A DNA stretch of 64,000 nt from NCBI RefSeq assembly GCF_004010195.1, contig NC_057749.1:8783969-8847968 (forward strand). Direction: 5' to 3'. Made by a program: the position numbers and the translations under genes. Below the pieces are notes generated by a model. That model did no database searches. It saw nothing but the letters and a program-made list of their open reading frames with translations, and was not told the origin of the DNA. This stretch comes from Chiloscyllium plagiosum (taxonomy: Eukaryota). Shown piece after piece: positions 35,300 to 46,960 of the stretch. Positions within the stretch are counted from its first letter, which is position 1, and each line of letters begins with the position of its first letter.

Positions 35300-35692
35300 G
35301 CTTTAGTTAAGCCAGAGCTGGATTTAGTTAATCCAGCTGTGGTCACCACACTATAGGAAGGATGTGATTGCACTGGGGGCGGGGGGGTGGTGCAGAGGAC
35401 ATTCACCAGGATGTTGTCTGGAACGGAGCATTCCAGAGAAGCTGGATAAGCTCGGGTTATTTTCTTTGGAGCAGCGGAGGTTGAGGACTATAAAACTGTG
35501 AGGGGGAATAGAAGACAGCAGTTCCCCTGAGTCGGAGGATCAATTACGAGGGGTGTGTGGGAGCACAATGTTAAAGTGAAAGGCTGGGAGGGTTAGAGGG
35601 TGGTGGGGGTCCGGAATGCACTGCCTTGAAGGGTAGTTAAGGCAAGAAACCTCACACCCTTTTAAAAAGTACTTGGATGAGCACTGGAAGTT
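35300..35692 (+). mobile_element. Diverged CR1 fragment
   Basis: tggtcaccacactataggaaggatgtg..gtgcagagga.attcaccaggatgttg. Confidence 0.75.
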
Positions 35693-35709
35693 GCCAGAGC
35701 ACCCAAAGC

Positions 35710-35796
35710 TCAGAAGTCACACCATCCCGGTTAGAGTCCAACACGTTTATTTGGAATCACCAGCTTTCAGAGCGCTGCCCCTTCGCCAGGTGAAGT
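35710..35796 (-). mobile_element. PLE family B fragment, degenerate hammerhead
   Basis: Reverse complement ctggcga-A-GGGGC-AGC-GCUCU-GAAAG-CUG. Confidence 0.6.
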
Positions 35797-35811
35797 TGGA
35801 ACTCTGAACCG

Positions 35812-36165
35812 TTTTTATTCATTTTGTGAGATGTGGGTGTTGCTGGCTTGGGCCAGCATTTACTGCCCATCGCTAGTCGCTCCTTGGGATGGTCGGGGTG
35901 AGCTGCCTCCTTGAACCTGCTGTGGGTTGAGATTTCGGCAGGGAATTCCAGGATTGTGACCTAGCGACAGTGAAGGAATGGTAATATATTTTCAAGTAAG
36001 GATGGTGAGTGGTTTTGAGGGCAACTTGAAGGAGATGGTGTTCCCATGTATGTGCTGCCCTTGTCCTTTTAGACGGAAGTGGCAAAGGGTTTGGAAGATG
36101 CTATCTGAGGATCTCTGGTGAATTTCTGCAGTCAATCCTGTAGATAGTACACATTGCTGCTATTG
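35812..36165 (-). mobile_element. Second-family CR1/L2-like LINE 3' end
   Basis: ccagcatttactgccc tail shared with SINE family 2; LPSKRTRAA.TWEHH. Confidence 0.75.
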
Positions 36166-36257
36166 TTTCACTACATCTAATCAGGAAGGTAGGACTAATG
36201 AAGGGTGTAGTGCAGTTTTGATGGTACAAACTTAATAGACCGGTTATAAACTTGAAA

Positions 36258-36870
36258 TGGTTCAGAAAAGATTTACAAAGGATATTGTTAGGATTGGAAA
36301 GTTTGAGCTGTAGAGAGAGGCTAAAATAGGCTGGGGCTGTTTTCCCTGGAGCATCAAAGGAGGCATGACATTGTAGAGGTTTATAAAATCATGAGGGGCA
36401 TGGACAGGGTGAATAGTCAGGTCTCTTTTCCAGGAATCCAAAGCTAGAGGACATGGGTTTAAGGTGAGAGGGGAAAGATTTAAAAGGGATCTAAAGGGCA
36501 ACGTTTTCACGCAGAGTGTGGTGCATGTATGGAGCGAGCTGCCAGAGGAAGTGGTGAAGGCCGGTATAATTACAGTATTTAAAAGATATTTGGATGGGTA
36601 CATGGATAGGAAGGGTGTAGAGGGCCAAGTGCTGACAAATGGGACGAGATTAATTTAGAACAAAAATCCAAAAGAACTGCAGATGCTGGAAATCAGAAAC
36701 AAAAGCAGAAAAAGCTGGAAAGGCTTGGCAGGTTTGGGAACATCTGTGGAGAGAAATCAGAGTTAACGTCTCCAGTTCAATGACCCTTCCGTTTAATTTA
36801 GGATATCTGGTCGGCATGGACGAGTTGGACCGAAGGGCCTCTTTTCGTGCTGTACATCACAATGACTCAA
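36258..36870 (+). mobile_element. HER1 3' fragment with a PLE fragment inserted at 36659-36792
   Basis: RGERFKRDLKGN.FTQ.VVHVW.ELPEEVV; 9-bp duplication TTAATTTAG at 36650-36658 and 36793-36801. Confidence 0.88.
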
Positions 36871-37244
36871 AACAGCTGAGAGTCAGAGGGTCTCAGTGAT
36901 GAACAGACCTTTTTCTGCTTTGAGAAACTGGAGACTGTTCTGCAGTTTGGGAAATAATTTTAGTCTTGCCTTGCATGTACGATTGAATTGATGTAATTTA
37001 CTATGTAAATTTGAGTAATTTAAGAACATTGTACCCATTTTAGCAAAAAATACGATAATTGAATCAGTGCAGATTTTTCTCATTTAACCTGACCACAATG
37101 ACACCATTATATTTAAAAAGCTAATCTTCATTTCCTCCTCTCTTTTGCTTATTTTCTTTGGAGGGGCACGAATCCTGCACAATTTTGGTCGGCAGTTTAT
37201 GTGCTGCCTGTCAGTGTATGTTACTGTACACTTTCATGTCAGCC

Positions 37245-37440
37245 ACCAGCTTTGCAAATGCAGAGTGATGCCAACGGTGTGGGTTCAATTCCCCGTACCA
37301 GCTGCCATTCATCTTAAAAGTCCCACCTTCTCACCTTTGCCCCTTGCTTGAGGCATGGTGACCCTCTGCTTACTTTCACCATCCAGCCATCTCTCTCATT
37401 AGACAGCGGCTCACTGATCCTCTGGCACTAGGAGCGTTTT
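37245..37440 (+). mobile_element. MER131-like SINE
   Basis: gcagagtgatgccaac..gggttcaattcc..gaggcatggtgaccctc. Confidence 0.6.
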
Positions 37441-37461
37441 TACAATGGTATACTCTGCTTT

Positions 37462-38145
37462 TTTTAAATTCATTCACAATGAAGGTGTCACTAGCTATTT
37501 CCCATCCCTAATTGCCGAGAGGTCATAAAATTCCTACAGTGTTGAAGGAGGCAGTGCAGCCCATCAAGTCCACACTGACCCACCGAAGAGCATCCCACCG
37601 AGACCTATCCCTCTCCACCCTTAAGCTATAACCCGGCATTCCCCATGGCTAACCCACCTAACCTGCACATCCCCTGGGCAATTGAGCATGGCCAATTCAC
37701 CTGACCTGCACATCTTTGGACTGTGGGAGGAAACCAGAGCACCTGGTGGAAACCCACACAGACACAGGGAAAATGCACAAACTCCACACAGATAGTCGTC
37801 CGAAGGTGGAAGTGAACCCGGGTCCCTGGCGCTGTGAGGCAGCACTGAGCCACCATGCCACCCGTGACTCAGTTAAGAATCAACAACATTGCTGTGGTTC
37901 TGGAGTCACATGTAGGCCAGACTGAGTAAGGATGGCAGTTTCCTTCCTTAAATGGCGTTAGTGAACCAGATGTGTTTTTCATTACAATGGATTCGTGGCC
38001 ATCATTAGACTCTTTAATCTAGAATTGCATTGAGTTCAAATTCCACAAAATGCTGTGGCAGGATTCATATCCCGGTCCCCAGGATCTTAACTGAGTCTCT
38101 GGATTAAGATGCCAGTGCTTAACACCACTAGGCCATCTGCTCCCA
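37462..38145 (-). mobile_element. SINE family 2 split by a full-length HE1 (37524-37865, - strand)
   Basis: SINE2 ..gagagg|HE1|cagttaagaatcaac. Confidence 0.82.
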
Positions 38146-38329
38146 TAAAATGAGCCACTAACGTTACTATGTAATTACAATGGTCATGGGATTGCAGATG
38201 CCTCAGTTTAGACTCACTGTAAGCTACTATAGACCTCCACGGGCAGGAATTTTCAGCTGATGGGGCTTCCATCACCAGAGTGTCAATAGGGAGCACCTCT
38301 CCATTTTCACCCTGCGCGGAGCGTCCGTT

Positions 38330-38670
38330 GTGTCAGGAGTCACGACTTGTGCCCGTTACTTGGGGGGGATGAACCAGCTTGGAGGAACTGGTGAACAATC
38401 TCTGTGCTCCCAATGGTGCCAGAGGCAGGCGTAGACAGGGTTAGGTCTACAAGCAGATCCCAATCCCAGAGTCCTGGATCAGCTGAGGCTGGGTGAAGCA
38501 CCACTTCAGAGGTTGGCATCTCCTCACCAATCACCTTTTGACAAACGCATTGCCTGTGACTATAGCACCACCTCTCACTGAGTCAGGAACTGGAGTGACA
38601 ATATCTCTGAAATTCATATGCTTATATCAGCCCGGGCTCCCTGATTAGACCAGACTAACAGCCCCTGACC
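38330..38670. mobile_element. Possible LTR-type repeat remnant
   Basis: atcagcc.gggctccctgatt.gaccag..taaca resembles 56060-56150; weak support. Confidence 0.3.
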
Positions 38671-39101
38671 TTACAGTCTCCCCCCGGCTGTGGTCTCACA
38701 GTGGGTTTGGGATGGTGCTGTCTTTTCGGTGTGGACTGGGGGAGGGGTGGGGAGAGCACCGTTTGAGGCCTGAGTTGGGGGTGGGATTGGGCAGAATGCA
38801 CTTGGTGGAGTGGGGAAGAGGAGATGAGAGGGTGGTCCCGGGCCAGGGGTTGAATGTGTGGGGGAGGTCGAGCGGGGAGAAGTTGGTGGGGTGGAGAGGG
38901 GCACACCTTGATTTAGGAGTTATCGGGATGTTGGGAAAGAAGTGGTTGAAGGAAACGCAGCCTGACATGCCCAACCTCCCCTCCCTGCTGCCTCCCCCAT
39001 TCACCACCACTACCATCCTCACCCTCTTTTCAATGCCCACTCTCTTCAAGTCCCCGCTTGAATCCCCCCCTTCAATTTCCACCCTCTTCAATTTCCCCCC
39101 C

Positions 39102-39229
39102 NNNNNNNNNNNNNNNNNNNNNNNNNNNNNNNNNNNNNNNNNNNNNNNNNNNNNNNNNNNNNNNNNNNNNNNNNNNNNNNNNNNNNNNNNNNNNNNNNNN
39201 NNNNNNNNNNNNNNNNNNNNNNNNNNNNN
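39102..39229. other. Assembly gap (128 N) within a C-rich ttcaa/cccc repeat
   Basis: N run with flanking repeats. Confidence 0.97.
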
Positions 39230-39314
39230 CCCTCCTCAACTCCACTTCCTCAAGCAACATGTCAACTCCCCCTCAACTACCCCCTTAAAAGCTGCCCAAC
39301 ATATCCACATCAGA

Positions 39315-39508
39315 AGCATCTGTAACTCCTTGCCACAGAAAGCAGTTGAGGCAAAAACATTGAATGTTTCACTGGGTTTAGAGAGAGTTCCAGGGACTAA
39401 AGGGATTGGAGGGTAATGAGAGAAAACAGGAGCAGGGGACTGAGTTGGCCAATCAGCCATGATCATATTGAACGGGGGAAACAGGCTCGAAGGGCTAAAT
39501 GGCCTACT
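39315..39508 (+). mobile_element. CR1 3' fragment
   Basis: NSLPQKAVEAKTLNV; tail caggctcgaagggctaaatggcctactc. Confidence 0.75.
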
Positions 39509-40250
39509 CATAGAGTCTCACAGCACAGAAACAGACCTTTCGACCCAACCCGTCCATGCTGACCAGATAACCTCAATTAATCTAGTCCCATTTGCCAGCA
39601 CGTGACCCATACCCCTCCAAACTCTTCCTATTCAAATTCCTATTCAGGTGCCTTTTAAATGTTGTAATTGTACCAGCCTCCACCATTTCCTCTGGCAGCT
39701 CATTCCATACACGCACCACCCTCTATTTGGAAAAGTCTACCCCTCAGGTCCCTTTTAAATCTTTCCCCTCACCTTAAACCTATGCCACCTAGTTTGGACT
39801 CCCCTTCCCTGAGAAATGACCTTGTCTATTAATCCTATCCATGCCCCTCATGTTATTGTAAACCTCTATAAGGTCACCCCTCAGCCTCCGTCACTCCAGG
39901 GAAAACAGCCTACACAGTCTCGCCCTCTGGCTCAAATATTCCAATCTGGCAACGTTCTTGTAAATCTTTTCTGAACCCTTTCAATTTTAACAACATCTTT
40001 TCTAAGCAGGGAGGCCGGAACTGAACGTGACATTCCAAAAGTGGCCTAACCAGCCGCGACGTGACCTCCCAACTTCTATGCTCAATGTTCTGACCAATCA
40101 GGGAAAGCGTACTAAATGCCTTCTTCACTATCCTATCTACCTTTTCAAGGAACTATGAACCTGCACCCCAAGGTCTCTTTGTTCAGCAACACTCCCCAGG
40201 ACCCCAACATTCAGTGTATAGGTCCTGCCCTGATTTGCGTTTCCAAAATG
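39509..40250 (-). mobile_element. HER1 3' fragment
   Basis: KKAF..L..I...IE.RSWEV..LVRPLLE..VQF; typical 3' UTR. Confidence 0.9.
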
Positions 40251-40759
40251 CTCCTGCTCCTATCTTTGGTTTTTCTAACTAAAAATCAGTCATAAAGCCT
40301 TCAACACTCCCCTCCCCCACAGAGAGATTACTTGTGAAACATGTTTGGTCCCCTTGCCTCACCTCTGGTGCAGCTGAGAGATTATTAAGAGGGAGATTAA
40401 TTCTTTACTGATTACGCTGACTGCTGAGCTGAGTGACATGTCTTTAGGAGTGGCAGCAGTATTACTGTGAAATGGGGTTTAGTTATGTAACAGCCAAAAT
40501 CTCATTGACCATTTCGGGATTTCTCTAAAGGCTCCGGTGCAACCCTTTCTAAGCGGCTACTCATGGGCTGGGGAAGTGACATTTTTAAAAATTTAATTAC
40601 TGTAATGTGAAGGGGGGGGGGGGAAGAAACATAATTGCTGAAAGTAGTTAACCTAAAATGAGATATCAAGACCAGAGGCAAAATGTAATTACCAGCAGCC
40701 AACATGAAACAGATGTGCAAGAAATTTGAAGGACATTTTTGATTTGACATTGTTTGAAG

Positions 40760-41262
40760 TCACAGAATCCCCACAGCGCAGGAAGAGGCCATTTGGCCCA
40801 TCGTGTTTGTACCGATCTTCCAAAAGCATCCCACCAGACACTCACCCGATCCCTGTAACCCCACATTTCCCATGGCTAACCCACCTATGTAATAGGTGTG
40901 GTCTTCATTCAAAAGAAGCAGAGAATTATAGGATCCCCACAGTGCAGAAAGAGGCCATTTGGCCCATTGAATCTGCACTGATCCTATGCAGAGCATTCCA
41001 CCTAACCTCCCCACTCTGTCCCCATAACTCCACATTCCCCATGGCTAATCCTCCTGACCTGCATATCCCCATGGACACTATGGAACAGTTTCCCATGGCC
41101 TCCACGTCTTTGGACTGTGGGAGGAAACCGGACCACCCAGAGGAGACCCACACTGGGACAATGTGCAAGCTCCACATGGACAGTTGCCCGAGAGTGGAAT
41201 TGAACCCACTTCCCTGGCACTGTGAGGCAGCAGTGCTAACCACTGAGCCACCAGGTTGCCCT
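40760..41262 (-). mobile_element. Two tandem HE1 copies (3' fragment 40760-40888; full copy 40891-41262 with 3' extension)
   Basis: Two HE1 tails; head gaggcagcagtgctaaccactgagccacc. Confidence 0.85.
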
Positions 41263-41645
41263 TAGCCTTGCCTATGAATGCATAACGCTTGATGTACTCA
41301 ATGGATTTAAAATCAAGAGGACTGGGGAAGTAATTGGAGTCTGGGATCTGAAGAAGTTGAATTGGGTGAAGATTGAGGTGAGGTGTGGGACTTTGAGCTC
41401 TCTTTGATGTGCTAATTTCACCTTCTATTGAGAAGCAGTAGATGGAGTGATTAAAATTGAGTAAATGGAAGAGAGGCAAGTGCTGACACCATGATTGAAT
41501 TCTTTTAGCGCCCAGTATTAGGGATCAGCTGATCAAATATTCAAACCTCTGAAACCACAAGGAAACAGGGAAGGGGTTGGTCCAGAAGGCATTTGCAGTA
41601 TTTTAGGGAGTGTCTGGTTTAAGCTATTTTGCAGCCTCATCCGTG

Positions 41646-41968
41646 CTCAGCACAGTGACTCAGTGGTTAGCATTGCTGCCTGCCAGAACCGAGGGCCCGG
41701 TTCCATTTCAGCCTCTTCCCCCGTGTCTGTGTGGGTTTCCTCCAGGTGCTCTGCTTTCCTCCCATGGTCCAAAGATGTGCAGGTTAGGTGGAATGGCCAT
41801 TGCTAAATTGTTCCATAGCATCCAGGGGTGCCCAGGTTAGATGGACTATCGATCAGAAATGCAGGGTTACAGGGATGGGTTAGGCGGGTGGGTCTGGGTT
41901 GGATGCTCTTCAGAGGGCCGGCGTGGATTCGATGGGCCAAATATCACTTTCAGGATTCTCTGATTCTG
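41646..41968 (+). mobile_element. HE1 V-SINE, diverged
   Basis: Head and V-domain. Confidence 0.82.
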
Positions 41969-42084
41969 TGTGTTTGTCAAGCCTCAATTGGGTAACCTGG
42001 CACTTGGCTGGGGTGGGGGTGGGGGGGGAGTGGTTGGCGAGGACAAGTTCAGAGAGGTTCACTATCTTCACTATCTTCACTGCT

Positions 42085-42350
42085 TATGGGCCGAGAGGAG
42101 CAGGAATGATCTGGATCCCCAAACCAAACCACGTTGAACATAAAACATAGAACATTACAGCACAGTACAGGCCCTTCGGCCCTTAACGTTGCGCTGACTT
42201 GTGGAACCAATCTGAAGTATGGGCCGAGAGGAGCAGGAATGATCTGGATCCCCAAACCAAACCACATTGAACATAAAACATAGAACATTACAGCACAGTA
42301 CAGGCCCTTCGGCCCTTAAAGTTGCGCTGACTTGTGGAACCAATCTGAAG
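42085..42350. repeat. 133-bp tandem duplication (unique flank plus LINE 3' tail); LINE continues to ~42432 on the - strand
   Basis: 42085-42217 and 42218-42350 differ at 2 positions. Confidence 0.95.
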
Positions 42351-43924
42351 CCCATCTAACCTACGCTATTCCATTCTCGTCCATATGTCTATCCAATGAC
42401 CATTTAAATGCCCTTAAAGTTGGCGAGTCTCTTCCCCCCTCTTTGTTTCATGTTCAGGCCAATTTCCCCACTTAATTCCTAGCAGCCTTAGAAAATTCCT
42501 GAACCCTGACTCCATGTTCAGAAAAAGTGTGTTCGCAACACGGATCCTATCCTGTATGGCTTTGGATAGTTTTTGAACATTCTGAAACACCAAATAGGAT
42601 TTCATAAATAGTAGGCTGACTGATTTAAGATGTTTCTTGACTCAGCAACAAAGTGGGAGAAGGAAGATTTATGTATTGTGTCTTTCATTGGCCCAAAATA
42701 TAATAAACTGCATGACAACCAGTTAACGGTCTTTGAAATCGACTCACTTTGGCAATCCTGTGAATTCAAACCACCAGACTCTACATTTTTCTGGTCCATG
42801 TTTTGTTTTTGGTTGGTAACCCTTTTGAGGTGACTCCAGATATAAATTAATGATTTGTGCAAATAGTAAGGATAACTTTCCTTCTAGCTGTGTGTCATTA
42901 TTGTGCATTCTGATTGGATGACTGTCATGCCTGAAGTCTTGCATCCAGATTTTCTGATTGGACGACCCAAATGTTTTCCTCCCTAGATACAGCCTTCTGA
43001 TTGGATGGCAAATGACCAATCAGAATTGGGGAAAAAAAATTCTCACCGACCAGGCAGTGTGCCAGGAGCCCACATCCCTGGCACTATTAAACAGGTAAGG
43101 CCCTCTTTCATTCAAACTGCAGTAGCTTTAGTTTCGGCTTGTCATCAACAACAGTACCGTGGTGGTTCTGCTGCTGGGGGAGTAATCCAGGACTTGAGTT
43201 TGAATCCCAACAACTAGGGAGTTTAAGTTCATTTGAAAATTTGTCACGGTGACTGCGGGATTGTGGTAAAGGCCAATTCTAGTTCATTAAAACTCAGACA
43301 TTGCTTGAGAAACTCAGCAGCATAAGTGGAGAGAGAGAAACAAAGTTAACATTTCAAGCCCAGTGACCCTTCTTTAAGAGCTGAGTAAGATTTTCAAATA
43401 GTCCCTGGTTTTAGCTGTCCTCCAGTTTCTCCCATCCTAGCTGAGGGCGCCACAATGTCACTGGTCACCTTTCCCTCCTTCACCCTATCAGCCGCCATTC
43501 TTTCCTCTTCCCATCCTGCTCTGTTGAAGTCTCCCGGCACTGTGTCTTTCCAACTGGACTTTGGCTTTTCCCTGGCAGTCCCATCTCTCTTATTGTCCAT
43601 GCCACATTTGTCCCTGTCTTTCTCCAAACAAGAACCATTTCATTTCAGTCTCTCTTCAGCTACCTCCTTCGATTTGCCCCATAATCCTCATCGACTCCCC
43701 TCAATGCACCAATCCCTAGATTTCACAGTCCGCCATTTTACTGTGATTGATGGCAGTGTTAGCTGCTGGTGATTTTCTGTCCTGGCTCATATTGAGAATC
43801 CAATGGTTTTCTTATCTGCTCTTCTTAAAGACACGAGACCTGTTGCCGAGGTGTCATTCCACACAGCCATGAGATTCTTATCCGCATTTCCTCGGTTTCA
43901 GGGGATTGGCGAAGAGTAGGTAAC

Positions 43925-44275
43925 CCTCAGGCCTCTGAGTCAGAGTGTTGTGTGTTTGAGTTACGTTTCAGCAATGAAGAAGATACTCCAGGACATTGCT
44001 GAGGGTGGGCTGCACTGTCTGAGGCGCTGACTTTCAGATGAGGCATGAAAGTGAGTTACTCACAGGGCAGATGTAAGTAATCTTGGCTTCTCTACCTCCA
44101 GATGTGCTAGAGAGTCCTCCCCAGTGATCTCCAGACCCTTCACTGCTCTGAACCAAATGATCTCGTTGCTCTTTGAAGGCCCTCACTGTTGACCACCATG
44201 TTACAAGAGTGACTCTCGAGTGCTTTGGGACGTGCTGAGGCTATGAAAGGCACTTTATGAATGCACATCTTCTTT
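43925..44275 (+). mobile_element. Deu-domain SINE
   Basis: gcctctgagtcag head; ctgagggtgggctgcactgtctgaggcgctgactttcagatgag Deu core; tail aaaggcacttta.gaatgca. Confidence 0.7.
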
Positions 44276-44307
44276 TGAGGCTGACTCTCTGCTTACTCCT
44301 CCTGTTT

Positions 44308-44650
44308 GGGGTGGCACAGTGGCTCAGTGGTTAGCACTGCTGCCTCACAGCACCAGGGACTTGGATTCATTTCCAGTCTCGGGCAACTGTCTGTGTAGAG
44401 TTTGCCACATTCTCCTGTGTCTGTGTGAGTTTCCTCCGGGTGCTCCGGTTTCCTCCCACAGTCCAAAGATGTGTAGGTTAGATAAATTTCCCACAGTCTT
44501 CAGAGATGTGCACGCTAGGTGGGTTAGCCATGGGAAATGCAGGGGTACAGAAATAGGTTAGGGCGTGGGTCTGGGTGAGATGCTGTTAAGAGGGTCAGTG
44601 TGACTCGATGGGCCCAATGGCCTGCTTCCACACTAGGGATTCTGTGATTC
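44308..44650 (+). mobile_element. HE1 V-SINE
   Basis: Head, V-domain, tail. Confidence 0.88.
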
Positions 44651-44714
44651 GATTTCACAGATGAACTCTTACAGCTCATCTCAGCAACAAGCTGTTATAC
44701 ACCAGTAGGTGCCA

Positions 44715-45410
44715 AACAGCAGACAGGCCCTTTAGCCCAAAGTGCTCCATGCCGACAAAAATGTCCATCCACGCTAACCCCATTTCCCTGCACTTGGCCC
44801 ATACCCTTCTAATCCTTTCCTATTCATGTATTTGTCCAAATGCCTTTTAAATATTGTTAATGTACCGCCTCAACCACTTCCGCTGGCAGCTCATTCCATA
44901 TGCATACTACCCTCTGTGTAAAAATGGTGCCCCTCAGGTTCCCTTTTATTCTTTCCCCTCTAACCTTAACCTGATGCCCTCTCGTTCTCAATTCTCCAAC
45001 CCTGGGAAAATGACTGAGTGCATTCACCCTATCCATGCCTTTCATGATCTTATACACTTCTATAAGGTCCCCCCTCAGTCTCCTACACTCTGAAACAAAA
45101 AGAGCTGTCCAACCTCTCCCTATAACTGAGACCATTGAGTCCAGACAACATCCTTGGAGATTTCTTCTGCACTCTTTCCAGTTTAATAACATCCTTCCTA
45201 TAACAAGGTGACCAAAACTGACCACAAGTGCGGCCTCACCAGTCCTGTATAACTGCAATATAATTTCCCAACTTCTATACTCAGTGCCCTAACTGATGAA
45301 GGCCAGTGTGCCAAAGCCTTCTTCACTGCCCTGTCTACCTGGGACTCTACTTTCAGAGAACCGTGCATCAGAACTCCAAGGTCCCTCTGTTCCACTGCAC
45401 TCCTTAAGGA
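44715..45410 (-). mobile_element. HER1/CR1 3' fragment
   Basis: EQRDLGV..H.SLKV.SQVDRAVKKA; RRLRGDLIEVYKIMKG. Confidence 0.9.
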
Positions 45411-45599
45411 GTCCCTGAGTTATTCCTTCTGGAGTAGCCCTTAAAGCTCAGGAGGCAGATACATTGGAGCTAGATCGGACGAGGTTGTCTAGACTGCTAC
45501 TGATCATGATAGGCAAGACAGACTGGCTTTGGTTCTCCTGGGGTTTAGAAGATTGAGAATTGTCACAGGCTCGTGATGATCTACAGCACAGCCAAAGAT

Positions 45600-46580
45600 C
45601 CATCAGCCCATTACTGATCAACAACAACACCCTGTCTATTCTAACCCTATTCACCAGAACCTGGCCCATAGTCTTGTATACCTTGGTATCACAAGCATAC
45701 ATCTAAATACTTGCTGAATGTTTCTGTCCCTCCCTCCCTTACAGGCAGCAAGTTCCAGATTCCCACCACCCTCTGGGGGAAAATGTTCTTCCTCATGTGT
45801 CCTCTAATCTTTCTGCCCCTTCCCTTAAATCTATTCCCCCTCCCCAGTCACTGATCCCTCCATCAAGGGGAAATATTCTTTCCTGTCTCTGCCTCTCACA
45901 ATTTTGTTCATCTCAATCATCTCCCCTCTTAATCTCCTTGGCTCAATCCCAGTCTGTCCAATCTCTCTCCATCACTGAAGCTCCCCAGCCGAGGCAGCAT
46001 CCTGGTAAATCTCCCTCCTCACCTTCTGCAGTGCTATCACATCCCCCCTGTAACGTAGTTTCCAGAACTGCACACAGCACTCTCGCTGTGGCCTAACAAG
46101 TGTTTTGTACAGTTCCAGGGTAACCTCCCTGCCCTTAAACTCCATGCCTCAACTCATAGAATCCCTAGAATGTGGAAGCAGGCCATTTAGTCCGTCAAGT
46201 CCACAGTGACATTCTGATGAGCATCCCGCCCAGACTCACTGCATCCCTGTAACCCTGCATTTCCCATGGTTAACCCATCTAGCCTGAACACTATGGCGTA
46301 ATTTGGCATGACTAATCTACCCTAACTTGAGCATCTTTGGACTGTGGGAGGAAACCAGAGCACCCAGAAGAAACCCACTCAGACGGGGAGAATGTGCAAA
46401 TTCCATGCGAACAGTGACCCGTGGGTGGAATCGAACCACCCAGCCCTCCTGCCTAAAGGCAGGTATCCCATATGCCTTCTTAACCAATTGATCTACCTGT
46501 CCTGATACCTTAAGGGAGTGGTATACAGGCTCTCTGATCCTTGGTACTTCTCAGGATCCTACTGTTCATCGTGTATTCCC
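45600..46580 (-). mobile_element. Old CR1 fragment split by HE1 (46155-46440, - strand)
   Basis: ccagaactgcacacagcactc..tggcctaac (LVRP.LEYCVQFW on the minus strand). Confidence 0.72.
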
Positions 46581-46624
46581 ATGCCTCGTTTATCCTGATT
46601 TGATTGAAGTGGGTAAGCTCCTGA

Positions 46625-46960
46625 ATAGTCTTGCGAAGGTGAATGTGAAAAGGACTTTACTTTTGTGGGACAATCCAGAACAAGGGGACACTGTATAAAA
46701 TTCAGGGTTACCCTGTTTAGAATTGGAATGGGGAGAATTTTTTCTTTTTCCCCCCACAGTGGGCTGTACAACTTTGGGAATCTCTGTCTCAGAGGATTGT
46801 TAAATATTTCTTGGACCAAGATTGACAGTTCCCTATTTGGCAGGAGAATCAAAGATGGGAATGTGGAGTTTGAGATTACAAACACATTAGTCTTGATCTC
46901 ATTAAATAGCGTGCAGGATTGAGGGTCTGAATGATCTAATTGACTCTTATTTTGTATGTT
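46625..46960 (+). mobile_element. Old CR1 3' fragment
   Basis: GQSRTRGH..K.R...FR..M.R.F. Confidence 0.6.

Noticed and set aside
38712..39416. 234-aa ORF
   Set aside because: It spans an N gap, low-complexity G/C runs and a CR1 remnant.
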